Shown here in pieces: positions 47,201 to 56,900 of a DNA stretch of 64,000 bases. Position numbers and translations under genes: made by a program. The stretch lies in assembly GCA_028277745.1 (NCBI GenBank), contig JANQFR010000068.1:110676-174675 (forward strand). Direction: 5' to 3'. This DNA comes from Phycisphaeraceae bacterium. GTDB lineage: Bacteria; Planctomycetota; Phycisphaerae; Phycisphaerales; Phycisphaeraceae. Under the pieces are notes generated by a model. The model saw only the letters and a list, made by a program, of their open reading frames with translations, was not told where the DNA came from and ran no database searches. The first letter of the stretch is position 1. Every line of letters starts with the position of its first letter.

Positions 47201-50200
47201 ATGGACCTCATTCGTTTCTCAATCAACAACCCGGTCAAAGTGGCGGTCGGCGTGCTGCTGGTGATCCTGTTTGGGCTCATCTCGGTCTATACGATCCCCA
47301 TTCAACTCGTGCCCGATGTCGACGAGCCGATCATCACGGTGCAGACCGAGTGGACCGGCCGCAGCCCGCAGGAGATCGAGAAGGACATCATCGAAGAGCA
47401 GGAGGACAAGCTCAAGAGCTTGGCCAACCTGAAGAAGATGGTGGCCACCGCGTCGCAGGGGCAGGCCAATATCGAGCTGGAGTTCTACATCGGCACGGAT
47501 ATCAGCCGGGCCCTCCAGGAGGTGAGCGACAAGCTGCGCGAGGTGCCGGATTATCCCGACGACGTGGACGAGCCGGTGATCGAAGCGGCGGACGGGGCGA
47601 GCGAGAACGCGATCGCGTGGGTGATCCTGGATTCGACCGATCCGGACTACGACATCCAGAGCCTGTACGACTTTGCCGACAAGCGGATCAAGCCGCGCCT
47701 GGAGCGGGTTTCGGGGTTGAGCGAGGTCAACGTCTACGGCGGGCGTGAGCGTGAGGTGCATGTCCGTCTCGATCCGGGCAAGGTCGCCCATCGCGGCATC
47801 ACGTTCAATGAGTTGGCCAACGCCTTGTCGAACGACAACACCAACGTCTCGGCCGGCGACCTGGTGGATGGCCGGCTGGATGTTCGGATCCGCACCGTCG
47901 GTCAGTATGACGCCTTGGACCAGATCGCCAACACCGTCGTCCGCCACGACGACGGCGACGGCCCGATCCGCGTCAAGGACCTGGGCGACGTCGTGCTGAC
48001 GCTCGAGAAACGCCGCAGTTTTGTACGCGCCAACGGCAAGCCCGCCCTGGCGATCAACGCGATCCGAGAGACCGGCGCCAACGTTATCACCGCGATGGAG
48101 GGGTTTAAAGAAGGTATCGCGGACATCAATCAGAACATCCTGCCCTACTATGAAAATGACCGGTACGGGCTGCGGATGCGCCAGGTTTACGACGAAACGG
48201 TCTACATCTACGACGCCATCAGCCTGGTGCAGACCAACCTCTGGATCGGCGGCGTGCTCGCGGTCTGTGTCTTGTTGCTGTTTCTCCGCAGCATCCGGCC
48301 GACCGTCATTGTCGCGCTGGCGATCCCGGTGTCCGTGGTCGGCACGTTTGTGGTGATGACCGCCGCGGGCCGCAATGTCAATGTCATCAGCCTGGCGGGG
48401 ATGGCGTTCGCGGTGGGGATGGTGGTGGACAACGCGATCGTGGTGATCGAGAACATCGACCGTCACCTCAAGCACGGCAAGACGCCACGCGAGGCCGCGT
48501 ACGCGGCGACCAAGGAGGTCTGGGGCGCCATCCTGGCGTCGACCCTGACCACGATCGCGGTGTTCGTGCCGGTGCTCACGATTGAGGAAGAAGCCGGCCA
48601 GCTCTTCTTCGACATCAGTCTCGCCATCTGTGCGGCTGTGACCCTGTCGCTGATCGTTTCGGTGTCCGTTATCCCGTCGGCGTCGGCCCGGTGGCTGCGC
48701 CAACCGGTGGCGGCCCCGTCACAACTCCGCAAACAACTGGTCGGGCTCTTCGGATTGATCCCGCTGTTTAAAGCGTTTGGCCAGGGTTACGCCAACCTGA
48801 TTCACCGCCTCACCGCGCCGACGGCGTTGCGCTTCATGAGCCGCCTGGCCATCGTGGCGGTCTTCACGATCGTCTCCCTGGGCTTGTCTTATTCGCTGAT
48901 GCCGCCCGCGTCGTACCTGCCGGCCGGGAACCAGAACCTCATCTTCGGCATCATGCTGACGCCGCCGGCCTACAACATCGAACAGGCCCAGTTTATCGGT
49001 GAGCGGATCGAGCATGGCGTCCGTCCCTACTGGGAGGTCGATACGATTGAAGAGGCCACCGCGCTGGGACCCGTCGTCAACTTCTTCACCGGCGAAACGT
49101 ACCCACGTGTCCCGGCCATCAAAAATTACTTCTACGTCAGCTTTGACGGCACGATTTTCATGGGGGCCCAATCCATCGACGACGAGCTGGTCAAGCCTCT
49201 GGCTCCGATCCTCTCCAACAGCATGATGGCGATCCCCGGCTCGTTCGGCTTCGCGATGCAACGCTCGATTTTCGGGCGGGGCCTCTCGGGCACCAACGGG
49301 ATCGATATCGAGATCACGGGGAGCGATCTTGACCGTGTCCGCGGCGCCGCCGAGGTCCTTTACATGGCGCTGACCGGAACCTACGGCTTCATGAACGTTC
49401 AGCCGGACCCGCTCAATTTCAACCTCTCGGGCCCAGAGCTTCAGTTCAAGATCGATCAGGTGAAAGCCAAGGACATGGGCATCGACACCGCGGCGATCGG
49501 CGCCGGGATCCGTGCGCTGGTCGACGGGCTCGTGATCGGGGATTACCGACTCGAAGGTGAAAACATCGACCTGTTGCTGACGCGTCACCCCGAATACAAC
49601 CTGTCCGTGGACGAGCTGAGGAGCGTGCCGGTCACGGTTTTCGAGCCGGGTGGCGCCCGGGGAGTGGTTCCGATCAGTGAGATCGGCACTTTCGTTGAAA
49701 CCACGGCCCCTCAGCAGATCAAGCGGATCGAGCTGCTACGCGCGATCTCTTTCACCGTCACCCCGCCGGGCAGCGTGCCGTTGGAAGCGGCTCAGGACGA
49801 CATCATGCAGACGGTCGCCGGGCTCCGGGAGGCCGGCGCGATCCCGCCCGATGTCGCCGTTGCCCCTGCGGGCACCGCCGATAAGCTCCGCGACGTTCGC
49901 CGGGCGCTGCTCGGCCACTGGACCGGCTTCAACCTGGAGTCGATCTTCAGCCTGATCACCAGCCGGTTTTTCCTCGCGCTGTTGATCACGTTCCTGCTCA
50001 TGGCGGCGCTGTTTGAGAGCTTCATCTACCCGCTCGTGATCATGTTCACCGTGCCGCTGGCGACCGTGGGCGGGTTCCTCGGGCTCGCCCTGATGCACGC
50101 CTACGACCCGACCCAGCAGCTGGACACGCTGACCATGCTGGGCTTCGTGATCCTTGTCGGCATCGTCGTCAATAACGCGATTCTCATCGTTCACCAGGCG

Positions 50201-50542
50201 CTCAACTTTATGCGCGGCGTGAGCGAGTCAGAAGACATGACCGTCACCGCGATGCAGCCGCGCGAGGCGATCGCCGAGTCGGTCCGCACCCGAATCCGCC
50301 CGATTTTCATGACCACCTGCACCAGCGTCTTCGGCATGCTGCCGCTCGTTCTGATGCCCGGCGCGGGCAGCGAACTCTACAAGGGGCTCGGCAGCGTGGT
50401 GGTGGGCGGGCTCATCGTCTCGACGCTTTTTACACTTGTCGTCGTCCCCCTGCTGTTCAGCGTGGTGCTCGACATCAAGGCCTGGCTCTTCGGGGCTCTG
50501 GGGTGGCGGATGCCCGAGGCCCGCGCTACGGCCGGGATCTGA
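47201..50542 (+). CDS. Efflux RND transporter permease subunit (AcrB/HAE family)
   Basis: 1113 aa, 12-TM architecture with large periplasmic loops, a conserved TM4 region (AGMAFAVGMVVDNAIVVIENI) and its duplicated partner (LGFVILVGIVVNNAILIV). Confidence 0.9.
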   Translation: MDLIRFSINNPVKVAVGVLLVILFGLISVYTIPIQLVPDVDEPIITVQTEWTGRSPQEIEKDIIEEQEDKLKSLANLKKMVATASQGQANIELEFYIGTDISRALQEVSDKLREVPDYPDDVDEPVIEAADGASENAIAWVILDSTDPDYDIQSLYDFADKRIKPRLERVSGLSEVNVYGGREREVHVRLDPGKVAHRGITFNELANALSNDNTNVSAGDLVDGRLDVRIRTVGQYDALDQIANTVVRHDDGDGPIRVKDLGDVVLTLEKRRSFVRANGKPALAINAIRETGANVITAMEGFKEGIADINQNILPYYENDRYGLRMRQVYDETVYIYDAISLVQTNLWIGGVLAVCVLLLFLRSIRPTVIVALAIPVSVVGTFVVMTAAGRNVNVISLAGMAFAVGMVVDNAIVVIENIDRHLKHGKTPREAAYAATKEVWGAILASTLTTIAVFVPVLTIEEEAGQLFFDISLAICAAVTLSLIVSVSVIPSASARWLRQPVAAPSQLRKQLVGLFGLIPLFKAFGQGYANLIHRLTAPTALRFMSRLAIVAVFTIVSLGLSYSLMPPASYLPAGNQNLIFGIMLTPPAYNIEQAQFIGERIEHGVRPYWEVDTIEEATALGPVVNFFTGETYPRVPAIKNYFYVSFDGTIFMGAQSIDDELVKPLAPILSNSMMAIPGSFGFAMQRSIFGRGLSGTNGIDIEITGSDLDRVRGAAEVLYMALTGTYGFMNVQPDPLNFNLSGPELQFKIDQVKAKDMGIDTAAIGAGIRALVDGLVIGDYRLEGENIDLLLTRHPEYNLSVDELRSVPVTVFEPGGARGVVPISEIGTFVETTAPQQIKRIELLRAISFTVTPPGSVPLEAAQDDIMQTVAGLREAGAIPPDVAVAPAGTADKLRDVRRALLGHWTGFNLESIFSLITSRFFLALLITFLLMAALFESFIYPLVIMFTVPLATVGGFLGLALMHAYDPTQQLDTLTMLGFVILVGIVVNNAILIVHQALNFMRGVSESEDMTVTAMQPREAIAESVRTRIRPIFMTTCTSVFGMLPLVLMPGAGSELYKGLGSVVVGGLIVSTLFTLVVVPLLFSVVLDIKAWLFGALGWRMPEARATAGI

Positions 50543-50735
50543 TGCTGCGCGGACTCGTCGGTCGGGATAGCGTGTCTGGGCCGGAGATGAACCGCGTCCT
50601 GTAGATTTTGATCGCCGGAATGAAATGTGGCCGATACGGGTTGTATCATTAGAATATGAGCCGGCCGGTGTCGATTTGACCCGAAAGAAAGTGGCGTCAA
50701 TAATCGTTTCGGCCTAGCGACGGGAGGTATCGGCC

Positions 50736-51164
50736 ATGACATACCACGACAACGCCACCGCCTCGCTTCAAGACGCCCCCGAGGCGGACAAGACGTATTT
50801 CACCCTTGAACACGCCAACCGCGCTTTGCCTTACGTTCGGCGCATTGTGGATGACATTATGGCCGTCTATCGCGACGTCGTTGCCCTGCGCCGTCGGATG
50901 GAAACCGATGAGTCGGATGGGAGCGGCGTCGAGCGGCAATACCAAGAAGCGATCGATCGATTGGGCGAACTGGTCGATGAGGTTCAGGCCGTCGGCGTCG
51001 AGCTCAAAGATTTTGAACGCGGATTGGTCGATTTCCCCGCGCTGGCGGATGACCGGGAGGTCATGCTTTGCTGGCGAGCTGGGGAAGAGCACGTGAGCCA
51101 CTGGCACGAGGTCGACGCCGGGTACGCCGGCCGTCAACCGACTGACTCGCTTGGGCGGGCGTAA
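50736..51164 (+). CDS. Conserved hypothetical protein (DUF2203-like)
   Basis: SD gggagg before the ATG; 142-aa acidic protein; FTLEHANRALPYVRRIV...LKDFERGLVDFP resembles DUF2203. Confidence 0.45.
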   Translation: MTYHDNATASLQDAPEADKTYFTLEHANRALPYVRRIVDDIMAVYRDVVALRRRMETDESDGSGVERQYQEAIDRLGELVDEVQAVGVELKDFERGLVDFPALADDREVMLCWRAGEEHVSHWHEVDAGYAGRQPTDSLGRA

Positions 51165-51202
51165 TCCGCATCACAAGAAAACACAGCCGTCGAGAGTACC
51201 GG

Positions 51203-51226
51203 AGCCCCGCATGCGGGGCTTAGGGG
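51203..51226. terminator. Palindrome D (CCCCGCATGCGGGG + CTTAGGGG) between convergent genes; candidate bidirectional terminator
   Basis: 14-bp perfect palindrome; the 16-mer ccgcatgcggggctta is shared with 12225-12242. Confidence 0.45.
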
Positions 51227-51272
51227 TATTGAGTGGGTCGTATAAACTGCTCAACCCCCCGCAGGAAGTTCT

Positions 51273-53117
51273 CTACTGATGCGGTGTTGATTCGAGTTCC
51301 CGCAGTTCACGGCGCCACGCTTCGCGCTGCGCTTCGTCGATGCCGGGCTCCGGCAATAGAGACCGTCTGGTGCAGTTCACCAGGGCCTGAAGCGTCTGAT
51401 ATCGCCGTGCGGCGCCGATGTCTGCGGGCAGCAGGTCGTCGACGATCGTTTTGAGTTCATCTTCCCGCAAAGGTCTGTTTTTGATGGTTGATGCGGCTCG
51501 CAGCCGCGAACGCAACGCGGCGTATCCCGCAGCGGAATATCCTTCTGTCATCACACCGATCCGTTCCACCGCCTCGGGGCTCAACGTGTCGGTGGATTGA
51601 CCGATCGCCCATTTCACAAACTCGAGCCGATCCTCGCCTTCCGGGTCCAACACCGGGATGATCAGGTCGCCGACACGTCCCGGGCGGCGGATATCGGGGC
51701 TCAGCCGCTCGATGCGTGCGGTCATCAGCAGCCAGACCACCTTCCCCCGTAGTTTCGGGTCGCTCATCATCTGCTGCACCTTGCCGGTCAGCCGTCGTTC
51801 CGTCGCGTGGGCGTCCGGCCCAACCCCGCCGAACTGCGTGTCCGCCTCGTCGACAAACAGGATCACTTTGTCGAGCGCTTCAAGCATGCGTCGTAGTCGT
51901 TCAAAGATGACATCGGTCTGGCCGAAATACTGGCTGCGGATGTTTTTCAGCACCAGCACGGGCAGTCCGAGCGATCCGGCGACGGCTTCGAAGATGAACG
52001 TTTTCCCGGCGCCGATCGGCCCCGCGACGGCGGCGCCCGGCAACGCGGATTCATCTTCCGCTTTGACCCGTGGAATGAATTCGTCTTGGAGAAAGCGTTT
52101 CAGCCCGCTGTAGCCCACGACATCCTGCAACGTGTGTGCCGGTTTCTTGAACTCCACCACACCGGGCCCGACCTGGGACGTGATGAAAGTCTCGACATGC
52201 TCGATGGCGGCGTCGGCCGTGACCGCTTTGTTTGTATGCGCCGCCTCCATCAGCACCTGGCGTAACGCATGGATCGATAGGCCCGCGGTGGATTTGGCGA
52301 GTTCTTCGATACTGCATGAAAGCGATGGTTGGGGGCGTTGATGACGCAGGAACCAGTCGACGTAATGCCGGCGGGTCGCCGCATCAGGCGATGGCGCTTC
52401 CACGGTTAACACCTGCGGCAGCCGCGTAATCCGAGGATGCACCTGGCTCTCGGATTCGGCCAGAAGCACCACGCTGTCTTCGCCGTTGCAGAAAGCCGGA
52501 TCGCTGAACCAGTCCTGCATCACCGACACCCGGTGGCGGTCCGCTACCGGCAGCCGCGTGATCTCTCCGTCTCCCGCGGGGACGAGCATGTCGGCCGCTT
52601 CGATAAAAATCATCAGCCGAAAGCGTTTGGCGCTGCGGGAGCAGAGCGTCACCTGACGAAGAAACTCCAGCGCGACCGTGGGCCGGCCGATCGCGTCACG
52701 CAACGACTCATCGAAGCTGTTCTCGGCCTCGGCTTTCCGGCTCGCCGCGGCTTGATCGCTTAAGCCTCTCAGGACCAGGGTGTCAAGTTCTACGCCCGTT
52801 TTCCAAGCCACCCAGGCATGACGGACCTTTTGGGCGTCTCCGTCGTCAATAAACCGTATGGGGCCATTGAGTTCATAGACAATCCGGACAAGGTTGTCGA
52901 CGTTGCAGCGGGCGATCAAATAGTGCAGCAAGGGCTGATAGGAGCCGTCAAAGGGATCGGCCCCGCCGTCGTCATCTTCGAGTTGTGAGGTCCGGTTGGG
53001 CGTGTAGAAGAGGTCGTGCACGTCGCCGGCAACAAGCAGACTCCTTGATTGGCCGCTGTTGAATACGCGGGCCAATCGTCTGAAGAAAGCGTAGCTTGGG
53101 GCCGGGGGAGTGCTCAT
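51273..53117 (-). CDS. Classic-clade AAA ATPase with a 330-aa unknown N-terminal domain
   Basis: Walker A GPIGAGKT, Walker B ILFVDEAD, second region of homology LLMTARIERLSPDIRRPGRVGDLIIPVLDPE; start 3 nt after the PspA-like stop. Confidence 0.8.
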   Translation of the reverse strand: MSTPPAPSYAFFRRLARVFNSGQSRSLLVAGDVHDLFYTPNRTSQLEDDDGGADPFDGSYQPLLHYLIARCNVDNLVRIVYELNGPIRFIDDGDAQKVRHAWVAWKTGVELDTLVLRGLSDQAAASRKAEAENSFDESLRDAIGRPTVALEFLRQVTLCSRSAKRFRLMIFIEAADMLVPAGDGEITRLPVADRHRVSVMQDWFSDPAFCNGEDSVVLLAESESQVHPRITRLPQVLTVEAPSPDAATRRHYVDWFLRHQRPQPSLSCSIEELAKSTAGLSIHALRQVLMEAAHTNKAVTADAAIEHVETFITSQVGPGVVEFKKPAHTLQDVVGYSGLKRFLQDEFIPRVKAEDESALPGAAVAGPIGAGKTFIFEAVAGSLGLPVLVLKNIRSQYFGQTDVIFERLRRMLEALDKVILFVDEADTQFGGVGPDAHATERRLTGKVQQMMSDPKLRGKVVWLLMTARIERLSPDIRRPGRVGDLIIPVLDPEGEDRLEFVKWAIGQSTDTLSPEAVERIGVMTEGYSAAGYAALRSRLRAASTIKNRPLREDELKTIVDDLLPADIGAARRYQTLQALVNCTRRSLLPEPGIDEAQREAWRRELRELESTPHQ

Positions 53118-53120
53118 GCA

Positions 53121-53945
53121 TCATTCCGGCAGTTTCGCGCCGCCCCCATCAGGGGAATCGCCGTTTTCTCGATCCGATTCCCCCGCCAGTCCTATCAACC
53201 GATCAAACTCATCGTTCGCGAGGCTCTTCTGTGCGTAGTCCAGGAACTCCGCTTCCTGCGCCTTGGTGTCAGAGCCGGCCAGTTCTTTGCTGACGCGCGC
53301 CTTGGCCTTCATCTCATCACGCAATTGGCGCATATCCGCCAATTCGCGGGATGTACGGTCCTGGCTGATGCCCGCCAACATGTCGTTGATCTCTTGCTCC
53401 TCCTTGGCGGTGATCATCTCCGCGACCGCGGTCGCCTGTTCTTCTCGCAATGTCTCAATGTCCTGAAGCATCTGCTGGAGTTGAATCTTGTGGCCCTTGA
53501 TGGATTCGTCCATCTCGGTGACTTCCTGCTCAAGTTCTACGATTCGATTGCCTTTCTCTTCGATCTTGGCGGTGAATCCATTGAAAGCCACCAGGCATTT
53601 CTGGTAATCTTCATTGGATTTGATCGTCTCCATGCCAACCCCCGACGTCTTGAGTTCGCCAATGACGGTCCGGGCTTTCGCCGCCGCCCCTTCTTTCAAT
53701 TGTTCGAGCCGGTTGACTTCATCGGTCTCCGCCTTGATTTTGCCCATCTTGTTTTCGTGTTGAACGATGAGCCTGGCGATGGCGTCTTTGAATTGCTGGA
53801 TGCTCTTGCGTTTTTCCTCAATAACGTTGTCGTAGGTTGCGTTGACGACGTGCGGGTTTGTGCTGAGCGTACGTCTGGCGGCGTCGATCCGGCCGGTGAC
53901 CATGTAGCCGAGAGCTCTGAAATATCGACTTACAGCTTTAAACAT
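53121..53945 (-). CDS. PspA/IM30 family protein (ESCRT-III superfamily, phage-shock/Vipp1-like)
   Basis: PspA-like N-terminal amphipathic segment MFKAVSRYFRALGYMVTGRIDAARRTLSTNP, then about 230 aa of heptad-repeat coiled coil with an acidic tail; start at ATG 53945. Confidence 0.6.
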   Translation of the reverse strand: MFKAVSRYFRALGYMVTGRIDAARRTLSTNPHVVNATYDNVIEEKRKSIQQFKDAIARLIVQHENKMGKIKAETDEVNRLEQLKEGAAAKARTVIGELKTSGVGMETIKSNEDYQKCLVAFNGFTAKIEEKGNRIVELEQEVTEMDESIKGHKIQLQQMLQDIETLREEQATAVAEMITAKEEQEINDMLAGISQDRTSRELADMRQLRDEMKAKARVSKELAGSDTKAQEAEFLDYAQKSLANDEFDRLIGLAGESDRENGDSPDGGGAKLPE

Positions 53946-53989
53946 GTTGGGCTCCTTTACCGTGATCCTAAATCCCCGAGCCGGATTTG

Positions 53990-56900
53990 TCACTCTTCGG
54001 GCGATCGGCTTCGTTCAAGCTTGGCGATCATCGTGTCATACTTGGTGACCATATCCTGGAGAGTTGCGCCAAGCTGTTTGAGCTGCCCGTCTTGATCAGC
54101 GGTGATCCGTGTCAGGGGTTCAAGCCAGCCTTTCATGAGGTTGAACTGTTCTTTCATGACATAAAGAAATGTTGACGGCACTTTATTGACGACCCGGATC
54201 TCATGCGGCGGGCTTTCTTGACCGGATTTGGGCGGTGGGACGGGGCGGCTTGCCGCCGCGGCGCGGATCGCATCGATTGTTTCTTCATCGAGTTTCGCCT
54301 CGACCACGCGTGAGGCGTCAATCGCTTCCCCGATCGATGCGAGGGCGGTGTTGAGCCTTGTGACCTGTTCCATGAGCGGAACGAGTTCTGTCTGATCTTT
54401 AGCGGATAGTCCTGTGCTGATCGCCTGATGGATCTCGTCAAGCCCCTCGTTGAACGACGCAAGTTGTACAAGCACTTGCGCCGTTCGGTCGTCGCCGTCG
54501 ATCCCGGCCAAATGGTTGTTTCGGCGAAATGTCTTTTTGATTTCTTCCCATCGGCCTTGTTCCTGATCGTTGATGATGCCGATCAATTCCTTGAATTTGA
54601 GGAGGTTCGCCTCCGCGCCGGTGGTCAGCGTTTGGGCGTCTTGTTCGTAGCTGGACAGGATCAGGGTCTGGAGCTCATCATCGTTCATGACGGACGATAC
54701 TTTCTCAGCAATCCGATTCATATTGCGATACGAACCCTGTAACCCAAAAGCCGGTTCAGTTCGATATTTGGTTTCCATGCCCGCCGAACGAATGTATTCC
54801 TGATTAACCGCCAGAATTACGTCACGCACACGCATGAGCTTGCGCATCACACCGACCATTTCATTGATTTCGTCAGATGAATAATTGCCTTCAAAATCGA
54901 TGTCATCGCGAGAGTTTGTTTCGGCGATTTTGATGATGCTATAGACGTCTTCCTGACTTCGGCTGGCGAGTTGGTTCAATGCAGGGTTGCTGGTCAGCGC
55001 ATTTTCCAAGTAGCTCATCACAAATGCGTCACGGTGGTCGCCGATGATATCGCCGAGGTTGTAGGTGTCGGCCCGATTGGCAAGCATATCGGGGATGTGA
55101 AATTTCTCTCCGGATTCGGTGTATGGGTTGCCCGCCATGACGACGGCGACTTTGCGGCCGCGGAAATCATACGTTCTCGGCCTGCCTTTATAGACCCCTT
55201 CGATCTTCCGTTGCGCATCGCAGAGGCTGATGAATTTCTGAAGAAATTCACTGCTGCAATGCTGGATGTCATCAACGTAGATCATAACGTTGTCGCCCAT
55301 CTCGAAAGCTAGATTGAGTTTGTTTAACTCATCCCGGGCGGCGGCATTGGAGGCTTCCTGAGGGTCGAGCGATGTCACGGAGTGTCCGATCGCGGGGCCG
55401 TTGATTTTCATGAAAATCACCCCCAGTCGATTGGCGATGTACTCCATGAGCGTGGTTTTTCCATACCCCGGCGGCGAGATGAGCAGCAGCATGCCCATCC
55501 GGTCGGTGCGGGTGTTTTCGCCTGCAGAACCCATCTGTTTGGCGAGGTTGTCGCCGATGAGCGGGAGAAAAACCTTGTCGATCAGCTTGTTTCGGACAAA
55601 CGAGGTCAGCACGCGAGGCTTGAACTCGTCGAGCCTCATCTCCTCACGAGCCTGCTCGGCGAGCATGCGTTTCCTGTGGGTGTATTGTTCAAAAGCCGGC
55701 GCCTGTAGCGTTACAAACCGATCAAGTCGATTTGTGAACTCGTTGTAATTTAATTCCAAAACACCGTCGATAATGCGTTGGTGTGAACCGGTCAGATTCT
55801 CAATGGTTCGGGCGACGCTGGCCTGTACAATGCGGGAATGATCGAACGGTTTATCGAGGAGCATGAGCGCGGCTTCACTGAGATAGCCTTCATGCTTGGA
55901 CGGATCGATTTCATTGGTTTCAAGAAAAGCACGGAGCCAATCACAAGCAAGTAAAAACTGCGTAACCGGTTGATCAGCGACGTTATCAAGTGAACGTTGG
56001 AACTTCTGAACGGCGCGGAATGTTTTTAGCCGACCCAGGAACGCATCGTACAGCGCGGCGGCTTCCGGACTGGCGACGAAACGGTTGTTTCCTGTTGTCA
56101 ATTCATGAAACAGATAGACCCCAGCGTCTTTGGTTTTTGCAGGATTAAACAGTTGGTGAGTGTCATTGAAAGCGGTGATATCATGGCGGATATCGTCGAT
56201 GTAACGGCCTTGTTCGTCATTCTCAGGAAAATAACCTGAGATCGCGCCGTAGCCGCATAGCCTCAACGTCATCAAGCGCTTGTCATCGTCTTCAGGACGG
56301 GTCCGCCAATAGAGGCCGGCCATGGCTCGTGATTCACTGGGGTACCGCAGCAGGCCGATACTTCCGTCTAACTCCATTAAGGCTTTGAGAATTTTGGAGC
56401 TGTCGTGGTCGTGAACGCCTTTAATATACCCTTCACTGTAGCGCGAACTCATGAACTTCTGAGTGTGCGCAAGCAGTGCGTTGTCATCAAGATCCGCCAA
56501 ATGGACAGCGTTGCTGTCGATTGACATCAGGTAGGCGAGATATTCGCTTCGATAGACATCAGGATTCTCAGATACGATCTCTTGTGTCCAGATGCTGTGA
56601 TCAGAGTTGAGCGCCTCATCTTCGATGGGCTCGAAGAACCGTGTCCCGCTGATGTGAAGATTCATTCTGTCATCACGGAGCACCATCGTGAGGTCCACCG
56701 CTTGCGTATTAACGCTAAATACATGTTTGCCGAAGCGGATGGTGTTAGGTCCATCGACCATCAACTCCTGACGGTCTTTGAGTTGCCGTACGGCATCCTC
56801 CCGGATGGTTTTGATCTGCGAGTGAATATCATCGACTTTGACGGTGTCTTCAAGATCGGAGAGCTCATCAATAAGGTCCCGGAGTTTTTCAACCATCAAG

